DNA of 64,000 nucleotides from Selaginella moellendorffii (Eukaryota; Plantae; Lycopodiophyta): NCBI RefSeq assembly GCF_000143415.4, contig NW_003314270.1, positions 248,001 to 312,000 of the forward strand, read 5' to 3'. Shown piece by piece: positions 25,351 to 36,500 of this stretch (position 1 is its first letter; each line of letters starts with the position of its first letter). The notes under the pieces were generated by a model. It saw only the letters and a program-made list of their open reading frames with translations, ran no database searches and was not told where the DNA came from. The position numbers and the translations under genes were made by a program.

Positions 25351-25954
25351 AATAAGAATATTTTCTGTCAAACTCTGGTATATGCTCGCATTTAGTTAAA
25401 CTGAGATTAATTTTGTTTTAGTCAGATTAATTTTAAATTAGTTTGTTTTAACCATTGTTAAAATAGTATGCTTTTAATTCTTTAGTGTTGTTATATTTTA
25501 TTAGTGTTAAAATGGATTGGATACATTAAACATTAAGAAGTTTGGAGTTCATCGAATTGTTTTTACCTGAAGCAACACAGCAAAGCAAACTATACAACAA
25601 ACCTGGAGGAAGAAAAGGATTGAGCAGCAGCGCTACGAACATGCAACACCTGTCAAACCCACAGTTTTTGAACAGCCGCGGACAGACAGTGTGGATCCAA
25701 AAATCTTACCAATCCATCGTCCCAGTTTTTGGAACTTTTGTCGCAATAAACACTGCCCAGATTCAATGCTTCCGCAAGATGATTCTCTCTTTCTCCTCTT
25801 CTCCAACTTAACAGCTTCGCGAGCTCGCTTACTCTATTGCCAGATTCTCACGGCCGCCGCCTGCAAAAAAACAGCATTCGCTTACAAACCTCTATAAAAT
25901 CCACGACTCAAGAACCAGAGGAAGATAAAACTTCGTACCTTTTGTCTTGTACGA

Positions 25955-27108
25955 ATGTTGGAGATGAAGCCACCGCTCTTCGTTGCGTGCTTCCTGCTTG
26001 CCGCCATCACCTGTAAGTCCATTTTTTCTTAGCAACTGGTCTCAAAGCTGTGGTTTTACCCTGCCATGAATCAGCAGGTGGAGCACATACCTGTGGCAAG
26101 TTGCGGGAGATCGAGAAGGGAGATACTTGTCTGTCGCTCAGTCAAGCTCTTAACTTGACACTCCAAGACTTCATGCTCCTCAATCCCAAGACGAACTGCA
26201 GCAGCTTGATCGTTGGCGAGGAGATCTGTGCTTCTTCCTGCTTCCGAAAACTGGTTTCTCCCAGATACGGCCAACGCCCTGTGGTCATGGATTACATTGG
26301 TGCTATGGGAAACTCCACCGCCTTCGACGACGTTCCAGTGTCACCAGATGTCGACCACTTTTTCATCCTCTCCTTCGCCATCGACGCAAATCGTTCCGGA
26401 ATCGTTCAAAACGGGAGCTTCATCAGCTACTGGAGTGATGGTCTCACGCCAGAGAGCGTCTCTGCGATAAAATCCAAGCACCAAAACGTCAAAGTCCTGC
26501 TCAGTCTGGCTGGCTACAGCTTACAAGTCGATGGTCAGTCGGATCCTTGGATCGTTCGCTGGTATGACCCCTCCGACGCCGACCTGTGGATCGACAACGC
26601 AGTCAAGTCCATTAGCGCGCTCGTGCAAAAGTATCACCTGGACGGCGTCGACATCGACTACGAAAGCATGGACGACCCAAGCAACTTACGTCTCTTCCCG
26701 TTTTGCATCGGAGAACTGATCAAGGCTCTCAAGAGGAACAAAGTGATCAGCGTTGCCACCATCGCACCTTACGGAGCTTCGGCCCCTTACTACCGGAGCC
26801 TCCTCCGGTACTATGGCGACCAGTTCGACTACATCAACTTCCAGTTCTACTCCTACAGCAACGTCACCAATGCATACGACTACGTGCAACTCTATCACTG
26901 GATAGCCCAGGGATTCGACGAGAACAAGCTGATGGTCAGTCTAGAAATCGACGGGACTTCGGGACGAGGAGTGCAAGGAGCGGAATTTTTCAAAGCTGTG
27001 GAAGAGATAAAAAAGACACGCAAAGTACCGGGGATGTTCCTATGGTCTGCTGAAGGCTCTCAAGAAACCGGGTTCCTTGTAGAGAAGGTAGCACAATGCA
27101 CACTTTAG
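25955..27108 (+). CDS. Secreted LysM-domain GH18 chitinase; signal-peptide exon 25955-26012, exon 2 from 26075 or 26078
   Basis: Hydrophobic leader, then a GTAAGT donor; Cys-containing LysM (KGDTCLSLS...FMLLNP..NCSSLIVGEEIC); catalytic LDGVDIDYE; DYINFQFY. Confidence 0.9.
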
Positions 27109-27157
27109 ATGGAAGAAAAGCTCTATAGATGGAAGAAGCACTCTAGATGGAAGAAGC
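27106..27157 (+). repeat. Three copies of a ~20-nt TAGATGGAAGAA-containing unit at the chitinase stop codon
   Basis: TAGATGGAAGAA occurs three times, the first overlapping the TAG stop. Confidence 0.8.
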
Positions 27158-27221
27158 ATAAAATACATTGAGATTCAGAGCTAAGAGAAATCGAAGAAGG
27201 ATAGACACAAGTACCTCCTAG

Positions 27222-27642
27222 CTAATAAGCTGGAATTCGCGAATAAGAGTACCCTTTGAACCCACGCCACGAGTAATACGCGATCCTCGTCTCATAGAAC
27301 CCTGCCACGAGAAGCCACACAAGATATGAAACACAAAGAAGGGAAAAACTCCTTACCTGGTAGAAAAACTAGAATTCCCAGCAGCAAGAACCCAAACGCC
27401 TGCGATGTCTCTCCGCCGATGTGAGCCGTGAATATCAGATGCGAGATTACGATGAAAATCGTCCCACAGAGCAGCAAGGCGATTGCTAGCAGGATTGATT
27501 TCCAAGGCACTTGATCGGGGATATCATACCTAAACCGCAGATCCTCGCCAGCAGGGCCATAATCATCAAAATTTCTCCTCCCGCCCTGCGATCGGCTCAA
27601 TCCCTCGCTCGTCGGGACTCTGGAGTAGCGCGTTTCTCTCAT
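27222..27642 (-). CDS. TMEM230: TMEM230-like two-TM membrane protein; intron 27302-27356
   Basis: VPWKSILLAIALLLCG...GILVFLPG|FYETRIAYYSWRGFKGYSYSRIP after removing a 55-nt GT-AG intron. Confidence 0.88.
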
Positions 27643-27728
27643 TTTCTCTCAAGAACCCTAAAATTTCTTCCAAGGGAAAAATAGTATATGCCCCGAGAGA
27701 ATCTTCTAGGCATATTCAACCGTCGTCC

Positions 27729-29612
27729 ATGGGATGTCCCTTGATCCAGCAGCTTAGGTCTTGCAATTCCCTGGCCGAGGCTCATCAAATTCACGCCCAG
27801 ATCCGTTGCGACGGCCTGGGCGTCGATTCCTACACCTGCAATGTGATGATCCAGGCCTATGGTCGATGCGGCAGCGCCCAGCAAGCCCGATTGATCTTCG
27901 ATGCAATGAAGAGCAGGGACAAATTCTCCTGGGACTCGATCCTCACGGCCTACACCCGCAATGGGCACCTGGAAGAAGCCTGGTTGATCTACAACGCCAT
28001 GGAGGAATGGGGGCTCTTTGCGATGAATGCGATGCTGGGCGCGCTGGCGTCGATCGGCAGCATCCACGATGCCAAGCAATTCTTCGATTCGATGCCCGGG
28101 AGGGACCTTGTCTCCTGGACGCTGCTGCTCAACGCCCTGACACGACTGGGGCTCTTGGACGAGGCCCAGGAGCTCTTCAATCGATTCCCCGAGACTGATC
28201 TAGTGGCCTGGACGACGGTGTTGATTTGGCACGCGCGTGGTGGGAGGCTAGCGCGCGCAAAATCTCTGTTCGATGCGATGCCGGAGCGCGATCTCGTCTC
28301 CTGGACTGCGTTGTTTTGGGCATTTGCCCAGGCGGGGAATCTCCAGGAAGCTAAAGAGCTATTCGATTCCATTCCGGAACGCGACACTGTAGCGTGGACG
28401 GCCATGATGTCGGCGTACGGCCAGAATGGCCACCTGATGGATGCCAGAAAGACGTTCGATTCCATTCCGGAACGGAATATCTACACGTGGACGGACATGA
28501 TGATAACATATGCTGAAAGCGGGCATCTGGGTTTTGCAAAGAGAATGTTCGATTCTATGCCGGAATGGAATCTTGTGTCGTGCACCGCCATGCTAATAGC
28601 TTACGCGCGATCGGGACATTCTAAAGATGCCGAAAGAATATTCTATGCTATGAAAGAAACCAACACGTACACGTGGACGGCAATGATTGCGGCATTTGCC
28701 CAACACGGCCAAGTGGAGAAAGCAAAGGAGCTCTTTGAGAGAATGCCCGAGATTAACTTGTACGTGTTAACATCATTGTTGTCAGCTTACGCTCAAAACG
28801 GGTATCTTAAACACAGTAAGCTTATCTTTGATCAGATGGAAGAACATTCCATAATTTCGTGGAATGTGATGCTAGATATGTACGCCCAAGCCGGGCATTT
28901 GGAGGAATTGAAGTGCCTATTTGATTCTATGCAAGAAAAAGACCTAAGTTCTTACAATATAATGCTGTCAAGCTTTGCCCAACATGGTTACCTTAAAGAA
29001 GCGAAACTAATTTTTGATAAAATGGAAATCAGAAATCTAATATCATGGACTGCCTTACTTACTGCATATACCCAAAACGGTCATCTGGATCGAGCCAAAA
29101 GGACATTTCAAGGCTTGCTAAGCCAAGATGTAATCCTTTGGAACTCGATTATTGGTGGCTTCGCACAAAATGTAGAGTCAAGGGAAGCGATCCAGCTCTT
29201 TTACGAGATGAATCTTGTGGAAACCCCGGACGAAGTCACATTTTTGTGTGTGCTCCTGGCGTGGTCACACAAAGGAGAGGTGTTCTCTGGAAGAAACTTG
29301 TTCCGATCGATTTGCTTTGATTTTGAAATGGCCCACAAGAAGCAGCATTACAGCTGCTTTCTGGGATTGCTCAGTCGAGCTGGTTACTTGAGCGAGGCTG
29401 AAGAACTCATAGCCACCATGCCATTTGCGGCCGAGAATTTAGACTGGACGTGCCTATTAGGAGCCTGTAAGAGTTACAGGGATGAGAAGCGAGGAAGTTT
29501 TGCGAGTCAAAACGTCTTGGGCTTGGACCCATCGAATGGTTCCGCTTATGTGTTGCTAGCAAATCTGTATTCGGCAAAAGAGAGAAAGAAAATTCCACAT
29601 GTCATGTCGTGA
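27729..29612 (+). CDS. PLS-class PPR protein with E extension, no DYW
   Basis: 627-aa ORF with ~31-aa repeats (FD.MPER.LVSWTA..AYAQNGH) and E motif AYVLLANLYS. Confidence 0.93.
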   Translation: MGCPLIQQLRSCNSLAEAHQIHAQIRCDGLGVDSYTCNVMIQAYGRCGSAQQARLIFDAMKSRDKFSWDSILTAYTRNGHLEEAWLIYNAMEEWGLFAMNAMLGALASIGSIHDAKQFFDSMPGRDLVSWTLLLNALTRLGLLDEAQELFNRFPETDLVAWTTVLIWHARGGRLARAKSLFDAMPERDLVSWTALFWAFAQAGNLQEAKELFDSIPERDTVAWTAMMSAYGQNGHLMDARKTFDSIPERNIYTWTDMMITYAESGHLGFAKRMFDSMPEWNLVSCTAMLIAYARSGHSKDAERIFYAMKETNTYTWTAMIAAFAQHGQVEKAKELFERMPEINLYVLTSLLSAYAQNGYLKHSKLIFDQMEEHSIISWNVMLDMYAQAGHLEELKCLFDSMQEKDLSSYNIMLSSFAQHGYLKEAKLIFDKMEIRNLISWTALLTAYTQNGHLDRAKRTFQGLLSQDVILWNSIIGGFAQNVESREAIQLFYEMNLVETPDEVTFLCVLLAWSHKGEVFSGRNLFRSICFDFEMAHKKQHYSCFLGLLSRAGYLSEAEELIATMPFAAENLDWTCLLGACKSYRDEKRGSFASQNVLGLDPSNGSAYVLLANLYSAKERKKIPHVMS

Positions 29613-29939
29613 ATGACTGCGACGTTGGCAGCACCAGTGCAGCATGATGGTTTATAACACAAAACGGGGCGTACACTGGTCACCCTGACATCTTCAAGCT
29701 ATTACATTCTCTAGAACAATGCATTTTTTTTATAATAGAAATCAGGGGACTAAAGAACTTAAATTTGTAATTTAATATTACAATATCATTTAAACAACTG
29801 CATAATGCTACGTGATCGCCATTCAAAATCTAATGGTTGGAATGTATCAGTTCTGGAGCCCGTCCTTGCTCCGGTCAAACGTTTACGCCATCCCGACCTT
29901 GAGCAAGAGGCTGCTCAAGAGCCGAGAGCCTGAGTCAAG

Positions 29940-30480
29940 AGGGTGTTGCTCTCCTTGTGGATGATCTCGAGCGAGTGACTTCAAGTCTGGAGTCACATCG
30001 ACGCAGACCAAGGCCGAGAAAGGTGGTGCAAAGCTTTTTCCTTGAAGCTGTTATGTAGACTTGAGATTGGGATGCAGCAGCAATCCATACTTGAGGCTGC
30101 TGCTGCCGGCACGATGTGAACGCAATTTTGTCAACTCGGACACATTCTAGCCTCATTAGTCTGAAAAGCTTTGCTCTGATACCACTATACTCGTCTCTTC
30201 AAGGCTGCCACATTTGTTTCCAAACCTCCATAGCATGAACTTGTCCACAGAGCTGTAGCACTTGCTGGATAGTTCTGGATAGTTCTTCACAGATGAACTT
30301 CCTTCTCCTCTTGTCTCGGCCTGTAGAGTTTGCTGGAAAGAAAGCCAAGAGTACAAGCTGGCACAATGACTGGGCTTTAAGGCCTTGTTTGGGACGCCAC
30401 ATCGTCCAGATGTATGATTGTGCAACATGGAAAAAAGTCGCACAGCTGCTGCTTCTTACTAATGATTCAGGGATCCAAAC
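29940..30480 (-). pseudogene. PPR gene remnant
   Basis: Fragments AMEVWKQM, KCGSLEE and MRLECVRVDKIAFTS in different frames. Confidence 0.5.
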
Positions 30481-31640
30481 TTCTTAAAAACAGCTATTGA
30501 AAAGAAATTAAATTTAAACCAAACAATAGAATGTTTATAAATTATAAATAAGTTTAAAATTAATAAACTTTATAATACCACTATAATTTTACCATCATAT
30601 TTCATAATATTTTATGATTTCTCTCTCTCTATATGTATGTGTTTATCTAGAATATGCTTGTATATTCTGGGATATTCTCCATTTAATATTTAAATTAATT
30701 TTTTATTTTTTATTAATTGTGAGGTTCAAGTATATGGCTATGATGTTGTATACTAATATTAGTGGGATTTTGGTCCATATTCCATGCACTCACATTGGTG
30801 AAAGTGAAGGGCAATTTTATATATCCCTAAGGAGTGCTAGGATTTGGGATTTTAGTTTAAATCTAGTTCTTACATTGTCTAAATCTCCATTTTCTTATAG
30901 CTTTTCTTAACTTCTTCTTTTTGTTTTTTCATTTTCATTCATTTTCATTCATCTTCATGACAGAGTAGCAACCTCCTCCTCTTTTGACTATGAAGCAATA
31001 GTTGGTGCAATTACTTGATACTATACAGTTGTAATTAAATAATCAAACTCAATTAATAGCAACATTAACAACATGTGGTACAACTCTTCTGACTCTTATT
31101 GCTAATCCTCACATCCGGCTGGAGTTCTTTTCTAGGAATCCTAAGAATGATGTATACCATTGGTTTGATCACTTTAAAGTGATTGCCACATATCATTCTT
31201 GGGATGATGCTCAGTGTTTATTGTAAGCCACAAATTTTTCCTTTCCAATTTGCCAGCTTACCTCGACTATCCGACCAACTCTGCCTTGGCTTGTGCTAAG
31301 TTCCCTCGCCAGAGTTCTCGCCTATGGTACCAGCTCCTACTTGCTCCTACTTGGTTTCAGCTACTCACTGCACGAGCAACGGAGTGTTAGCCATCCATCT
31401 ACGGATTCCCAAATCTCTCCCAATCCCCCTCCCCGGGTTAGACTGGACTTAAGGTTCGGCTACACTCCCCGCAGGCACAAGCAACCAAGCATACCAAGCT
31501 TCCAGATTCCTAACACCCCAAGGTACCACAAGACTTGATCATGGGACCCTCTAAATCCCAAGCCTTGGGTGTAGCACTTGCTTCGGGACGTCGGGGCGAA
31601 ACACCGTGGCCTAACGGCCCGGTATGGGTACCTCTCGCCC

Positions 31641-31740
31641 NNNNNNNNNNNNNNNNNNNNNNNNNNNNNNNNNNNNNNNNNNNNNNNNNNNNNNNNNNNN
31701 NNNNNNNNNNNNNNNNNNNNNNNNNNNNNNNNNNNNNNNN
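31641..31740. other. Assembly gap (100 N)
   Basis: N run inside the 3' LTR of family C; the sister LTR suggests more than 100 nt is missing. Confidence 1.
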
Positions 31741-33010
31741 GGAAGCCCAACTAGAGAGTTCCCTTCAAGACTGGTTCCTAGACCTCACTATCCCTAAAAT
31801 TTTTTGGAAACCCCAGGAAGCCCCCCCCCCCCCCCCCCCCCCTGGGAGACGCACGCTTTGGGCTTTCACCCCTTGACCCGTATTAGTATTTGGACTTAGT
31901 CTCTGGCTCGATCTTGGACCCGATTTCGGATCCGACTTTGGATTCGGTCTCGGACTCGATCTCGGACTCGATCTCGGACCCACTCTCGGACCCGACCTCG
32001 GACTCGACCTCGGACTCGGTCTCGGACCCAATTTCGGATCTCGGACTCCGTCTCGAACTCGGTCTCGAACTCGGACTCGATTTCAGACTCTATCTCGAAC
32101 TCGGTCCTAGAGTCGGTCTTGGACTCGATCCTCGACTTGGTCCCATCCGATGAACTCTTTGTCATTTTGGTCAAGCTTTTGGGGATCCTTTAGCCTACGA
32201 CATCTCGGGGAGTCGGTTCCTTACAACTCCACCACCCATAGAAGAAGTTCGATGCCCACATTGAACGTCTCGTTTTATCCTACGATTTGTTGACCATGTC
32301 TCCGGGGGCATACCCCCACTTAGCGGTGTGCCTAAGTTAGCCTCCCCGGCCAAGAGCCCATGACAACGGAATATAGGTGTCCCTATACTCCTCACCTCAC
32401 CACGCCCTAGTATGGGGTCGGGACTTGAACCCAGCCTTGCTTTACTAGGGGGTTGGGACTCGAACCCAACCTCCGTAGAATACATCTACGGATTTGACAT
32501 CCCTGCGGGGAGTCAGGCGTAGTGCCCTACGCCTGGTCGACCTATCCAACCCATGCTAATTAGCTTACCTTTGGCGTGCCTTTGGGTCCCAACATATGCC
32601 ACTCGCTCAACTTTGCAAATTGATATTTTTAATTGAATTTTGCATAAGTACATAGAGTTCTGCCTTGCAGAAATTCCTCCACTAGATCTCGCGCATTCGC
32701 TAGGTTCTCCTCCGGTTCCCATGTTGCTTCGCAGTGTGGAAATCCTTTCCACTTCACATGGAACTCTCTCACCTCGCGTCCTTGTCGCTTGCTCTTGCGC
32801 GCATTGAGGATGGCCTCGACTTCGTATTCCTCTTCCCCTTGGATAACCTCAGGTAAAGGTCTCACTTGGTCCTTGCGAAGCGGATCCTCAAAGTACGGCT
32901 TGAGTAAGTTCACGTGGAACACTAGGTGCATCTTCCCCATCTCTCGAGGAAGTCGGAGTCGGTAAGCCACTTTACCGATTCGTGCCTCAATCTCTTAAGG
33001 CCCCGCGAAC

Positions 33011-33062
33011 CTGTTTAAGGAACTCAAGATCAATTCATTTACAAGAATAAATGCATCTTTAC
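33011..33062 (-). other. 52-nt spliceosomal-type intron in the integrase GPY/F region
   Basis: AAG|GTAAAG...TTCCTTAAACAG|GT; AT-rich; removal restores KLTQRFAGP*EIEARIGKVAYRL. Confidence 0.85.
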
Positions 33063-33480
33063 CTTTGGGTCAACTTTCGGCTGATCCCACTTGGTAGTCT
33101 GAGGTTCTTGGTGTTCAGCCACACCTTCTCCCCAGCTTGGAACTCTACATCCCGACGCTTCTGGTTCGCGTATTTGGTTTGCCTTTGTTGAGCCCGTTCC
33201 AAGGAATCCCTCACTAGATTCCAAATGCTGAGTCTTTCCGCCGTGAATGCCTCCACTGCGGGCAATTCTCCATGATACTCGGCCACGCCGAGTTCCACAG
33301 GACCTTCGATAGCTCGCCCATTGATGACTTCCCATGGACTCACCCCGATACTCGAATGTGGTGAGTTGTTATAACACATTTCCGCAAGTCCCAAATGACT
33401 TACCCAATCGGTCTGGTCTCCCGAGACATAGCATCGCAAATAATCCTCCAGCTGCCTATTCACCCTTTCCGTTTGTCCGT

Positions 33481-33526
33481 CTGTCAAGAAGTGTTAGTGC
33501 CAACAACTTGACTCAATACCCCATAC
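33481..33526 (-). other. 46-nt spliceosomal-type intron in integrase core
   Basis: CAG|GTATGG...CACTAAC..TTCTTGACAG|AC; removal restores HPQTDGQTE. Confidence 0.85.
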
Positions 33527-36500
33527 CTGTCTGTGGGTGATAGGCTGTGCTGAATTTCAACTTGGTGCGATACTGTTCCAGGAGAGTCCTCCAGAACCTA
33601 CTGGTGAAGATCTTATCTCGATCTGAGATGATCTCTTCCGGTCTTCCCCGCACTCGAACCACTTGTTCGAAGAACAGCTTTGCCACACCTTCCGCATCCA
33701 CCTCCATTGTGGTGGGTATGAAGTGTGCCATTTTCGAAAATCGGTCCACCACCACGAATATCACATCAAACCCCTCGCTTGGGGGGAGTCCCGTGATGAA
33801 GTCCATCGTAAGACATTTCCACGGGTGATCTGGAATTGGGATGCTTTGCAACAAGCCCCCACTAGCCTTAGTCACAGCTTTTACCTGCTGACATGTTGGA
33901 CATGTCTTTACATAGTCTTGGACGTCCTTAGCCATATCTGGCCAATGGTACTTCCTTTTGAGTAAGCCCATCGTCTTGGGCACTCCACCGTGTCCCGCAA
34001 GAGGTCCGTCATGACACTCTTCTAAGGCCACCTTCCTTAGTTCCCCTTCTGGAACATACACCCTCGTTTGCTTGTAATAAATGAGTCCGTTGTGTTCCGC
34101 ATAGCCCGTTTTCTCTTCCGTTGGCAGCTCACCTCTCTGGTGAGCTTCCCGCGCCTCTAGATTCCTCAGCAACACTTCCTGTGCTAGACCATCGTTCTCA
34201 TATGCTATCCGCACATCATCCCAGAAGGTTGCTGTTGCGCTGGATATTGCCAACCTCAAGCTCGCTTTTCGACTTAGCGCATCCGCCACGATGTTGCTCT
34301 TCCCAGGCTTGAACAGAATTTTGCAATCAAACTCGGCCAAGGTATTGGCCCACCGACCTTGTTTCCCTCTTAGGTCGGGCTGTGATAAGAAGTGTTTCGT
34401 TGCCACATTGTCCGTGTAAACCTTGAAGTGTCTCCCAAGGTAGTGTCGCCACTCCTTGAGCGCCTTGACCACCGCAAACAATTCCTTCTCGTGGGCAGGC
34501 CACTTCCGTTGAGCCTTGTCCAGCTTCTTCGAGAAGAACGCTACCGGATGGTTGTCTTGCTTCAAAACTGCGCCCAACGCAAAGTCCGAAGCATCCGTTT
34601 CTACCTCAAAGTCCTTACCAAAGTCTGGTAATGCCAATACGGGAGCCTTCCTCAACTTCCCTTTGAGGTGGACGAATGCCGCCTCGCATTCCGCTGTCCA
34701 CACCATCTTCCCTTTTCCTGTTTGGTCCGTTAAGGGCAGGGCTACTCTCGAATAGTGTCTGATAAACTTTCGATAGTAGTTGCATAGCCCCAGGAATGCC
34801 CTCAACTCGTGTACATTGGCTGGTCACTCCCATTCCTGGATCGCTTGGACCTTCTCCGGGTCCACCTTGAGCCCGTCCTGGCCCACCACATGCCCGAGAA
34901 ACTTTACCTCTTGTTGAGCAAAGTCACATTTGCTCTCTTTAGCATACAGCTTGTGTTCCCTTAGTTTCTCAAACACCTTCGCTAAGTGTTCGGCATGCTC
35001 CTCTAGCGTCTCGCTATAGATCAGGATGTCATCGATATAGACGACCACGAAGTGATCCAGATAGGGTACAAAGATGTGGTTCATTAGCGCCGAAAATGTT
35101 GCCGGCGCATTACATAGCCCGAAGGGCATCACCAGAAACTTGAAGCTCCCATACCTCGTTCGACAGGTTGTCTTCTCGACATCTTCCTCGGCTACCCTGA
35201 TCTGGTAGTATCCTGACCTTAGGTCAATCCTCGAGAAGTATTTTGTCTTTCCCAACCTATCGAACAGGTCCTCAATCCTTGGCAAAGGGTACTTGTTCTT
35301 CTTTGTATACTTGTTGAGCAACCGATAGTCTATGCACATGCGCATAGATCCATCTTTCTTTTTCACAAATAACACCGGCGCCCCATACGGCGACTTGCTC
35401 AACCTAACATACCCTTTGTCCACCAACTCCTCTAGTTGGCACTTGAGCTCCTTGAGTTCTTTTTCGTTCAAACGATAAGGGGGACGAACCACTGCCTCAG
35501 CACCCTCGACCAGCTCAGTCTTATGTTCTATCGGTCGTGCTGGGGGTAGCCCCGCTGGTAGCTCCTCCGGCATGGTATCATGGAATTGGTCCAACACCCG
35601 TTGGATCACTAAAGGTACTTCTTCCATTCTTGTCTTTTTGTCACTCTTCACCGAGAGTAAGCACAAAAATGCTGCCTTAGTTCCTTTAGTGAGTTGTCCT
35701 CTCGTGGACACCAGGTTTAAGCAGGAATCTCTAACCTTGCTTTGCCCTACCTTTAGATCTTGGGCCTCCACCCTAGATCTTTTTCCTTGGGTATTCGCCA
35801 GTACCACAAGGTTTCTACCTTGTCCATGCAAGGCTACCACGAATCGATTGAACCAATCCATTCCGAAGATCACGTCAAATCCCGCCATGTCCAACACGGT
35901 GAAATCCATGTCCACCTTCCAAGTCCCCAGTTCGACTCTCGCTTGTCAAAGTACCTCATCGGTGCTTTGGCTACCTTGAACAAACTCTATAGTCCTTGGT
36001 TCGCCTAGCCGCTGCACCGTTAGTCTGGCTTGCCGGACTATGTCTGCAGCCACAAAATTATCCGAAGCACCCGTGTCAATAAGGATTTTAACAAAGCTAC
36101 CTCCGAGCTTCCCTCGGAGGGCTAGTAAATGTCGCGAACGACTCTCTACCAAAGTTGCTCATGTAATGAGTAACTTTGAGTTAGGGACTGGATCACATAC
36201 CTCCGTTTGGACTTCACCCGACTTGATGGCCATATTGGCTCTGGCCTTCTTCGGGTAGGGACATTCCCTCGAGAAGTGTCCCGCTTCACCGCAGTTGTAG
36301 CATACGTTGTTTCCCACGCTGCTATACGACTTGACCTTTTTATCCGTGGGTTTGTCTCTTTTCGCTTGACTCCCCCACGTACTCGCTCGCTAGCCACCGG
36401 ATTTGCCTTTCCGGAACCCCGAGGACTCATTCTTAGAGAAACTCCTCTTGAATTTCCCTTTGCTAAACGTTCCCCTTGGTTTGGCCCCTTTGCTAAACGT

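Noticed and set aside
23706-25371. Overlapping alternative-frame and antisense ORFs on the PPR and helicase genes
   Set aside because: Expected shadows of GC-rich coding sequence; no recognisable motifs.
30173-30184. PBS-like GCTCTGATACCA
   Set aside because: No adjacent LTR or PPT recognised; it lies within a PPR remnant.
34824-34826. Programmed readthrough at in-frame stops in pol (also 35946 and 36528)
   Set aside because: Each is one C>T change from a sense codon, consistent with methylation-driven decay.
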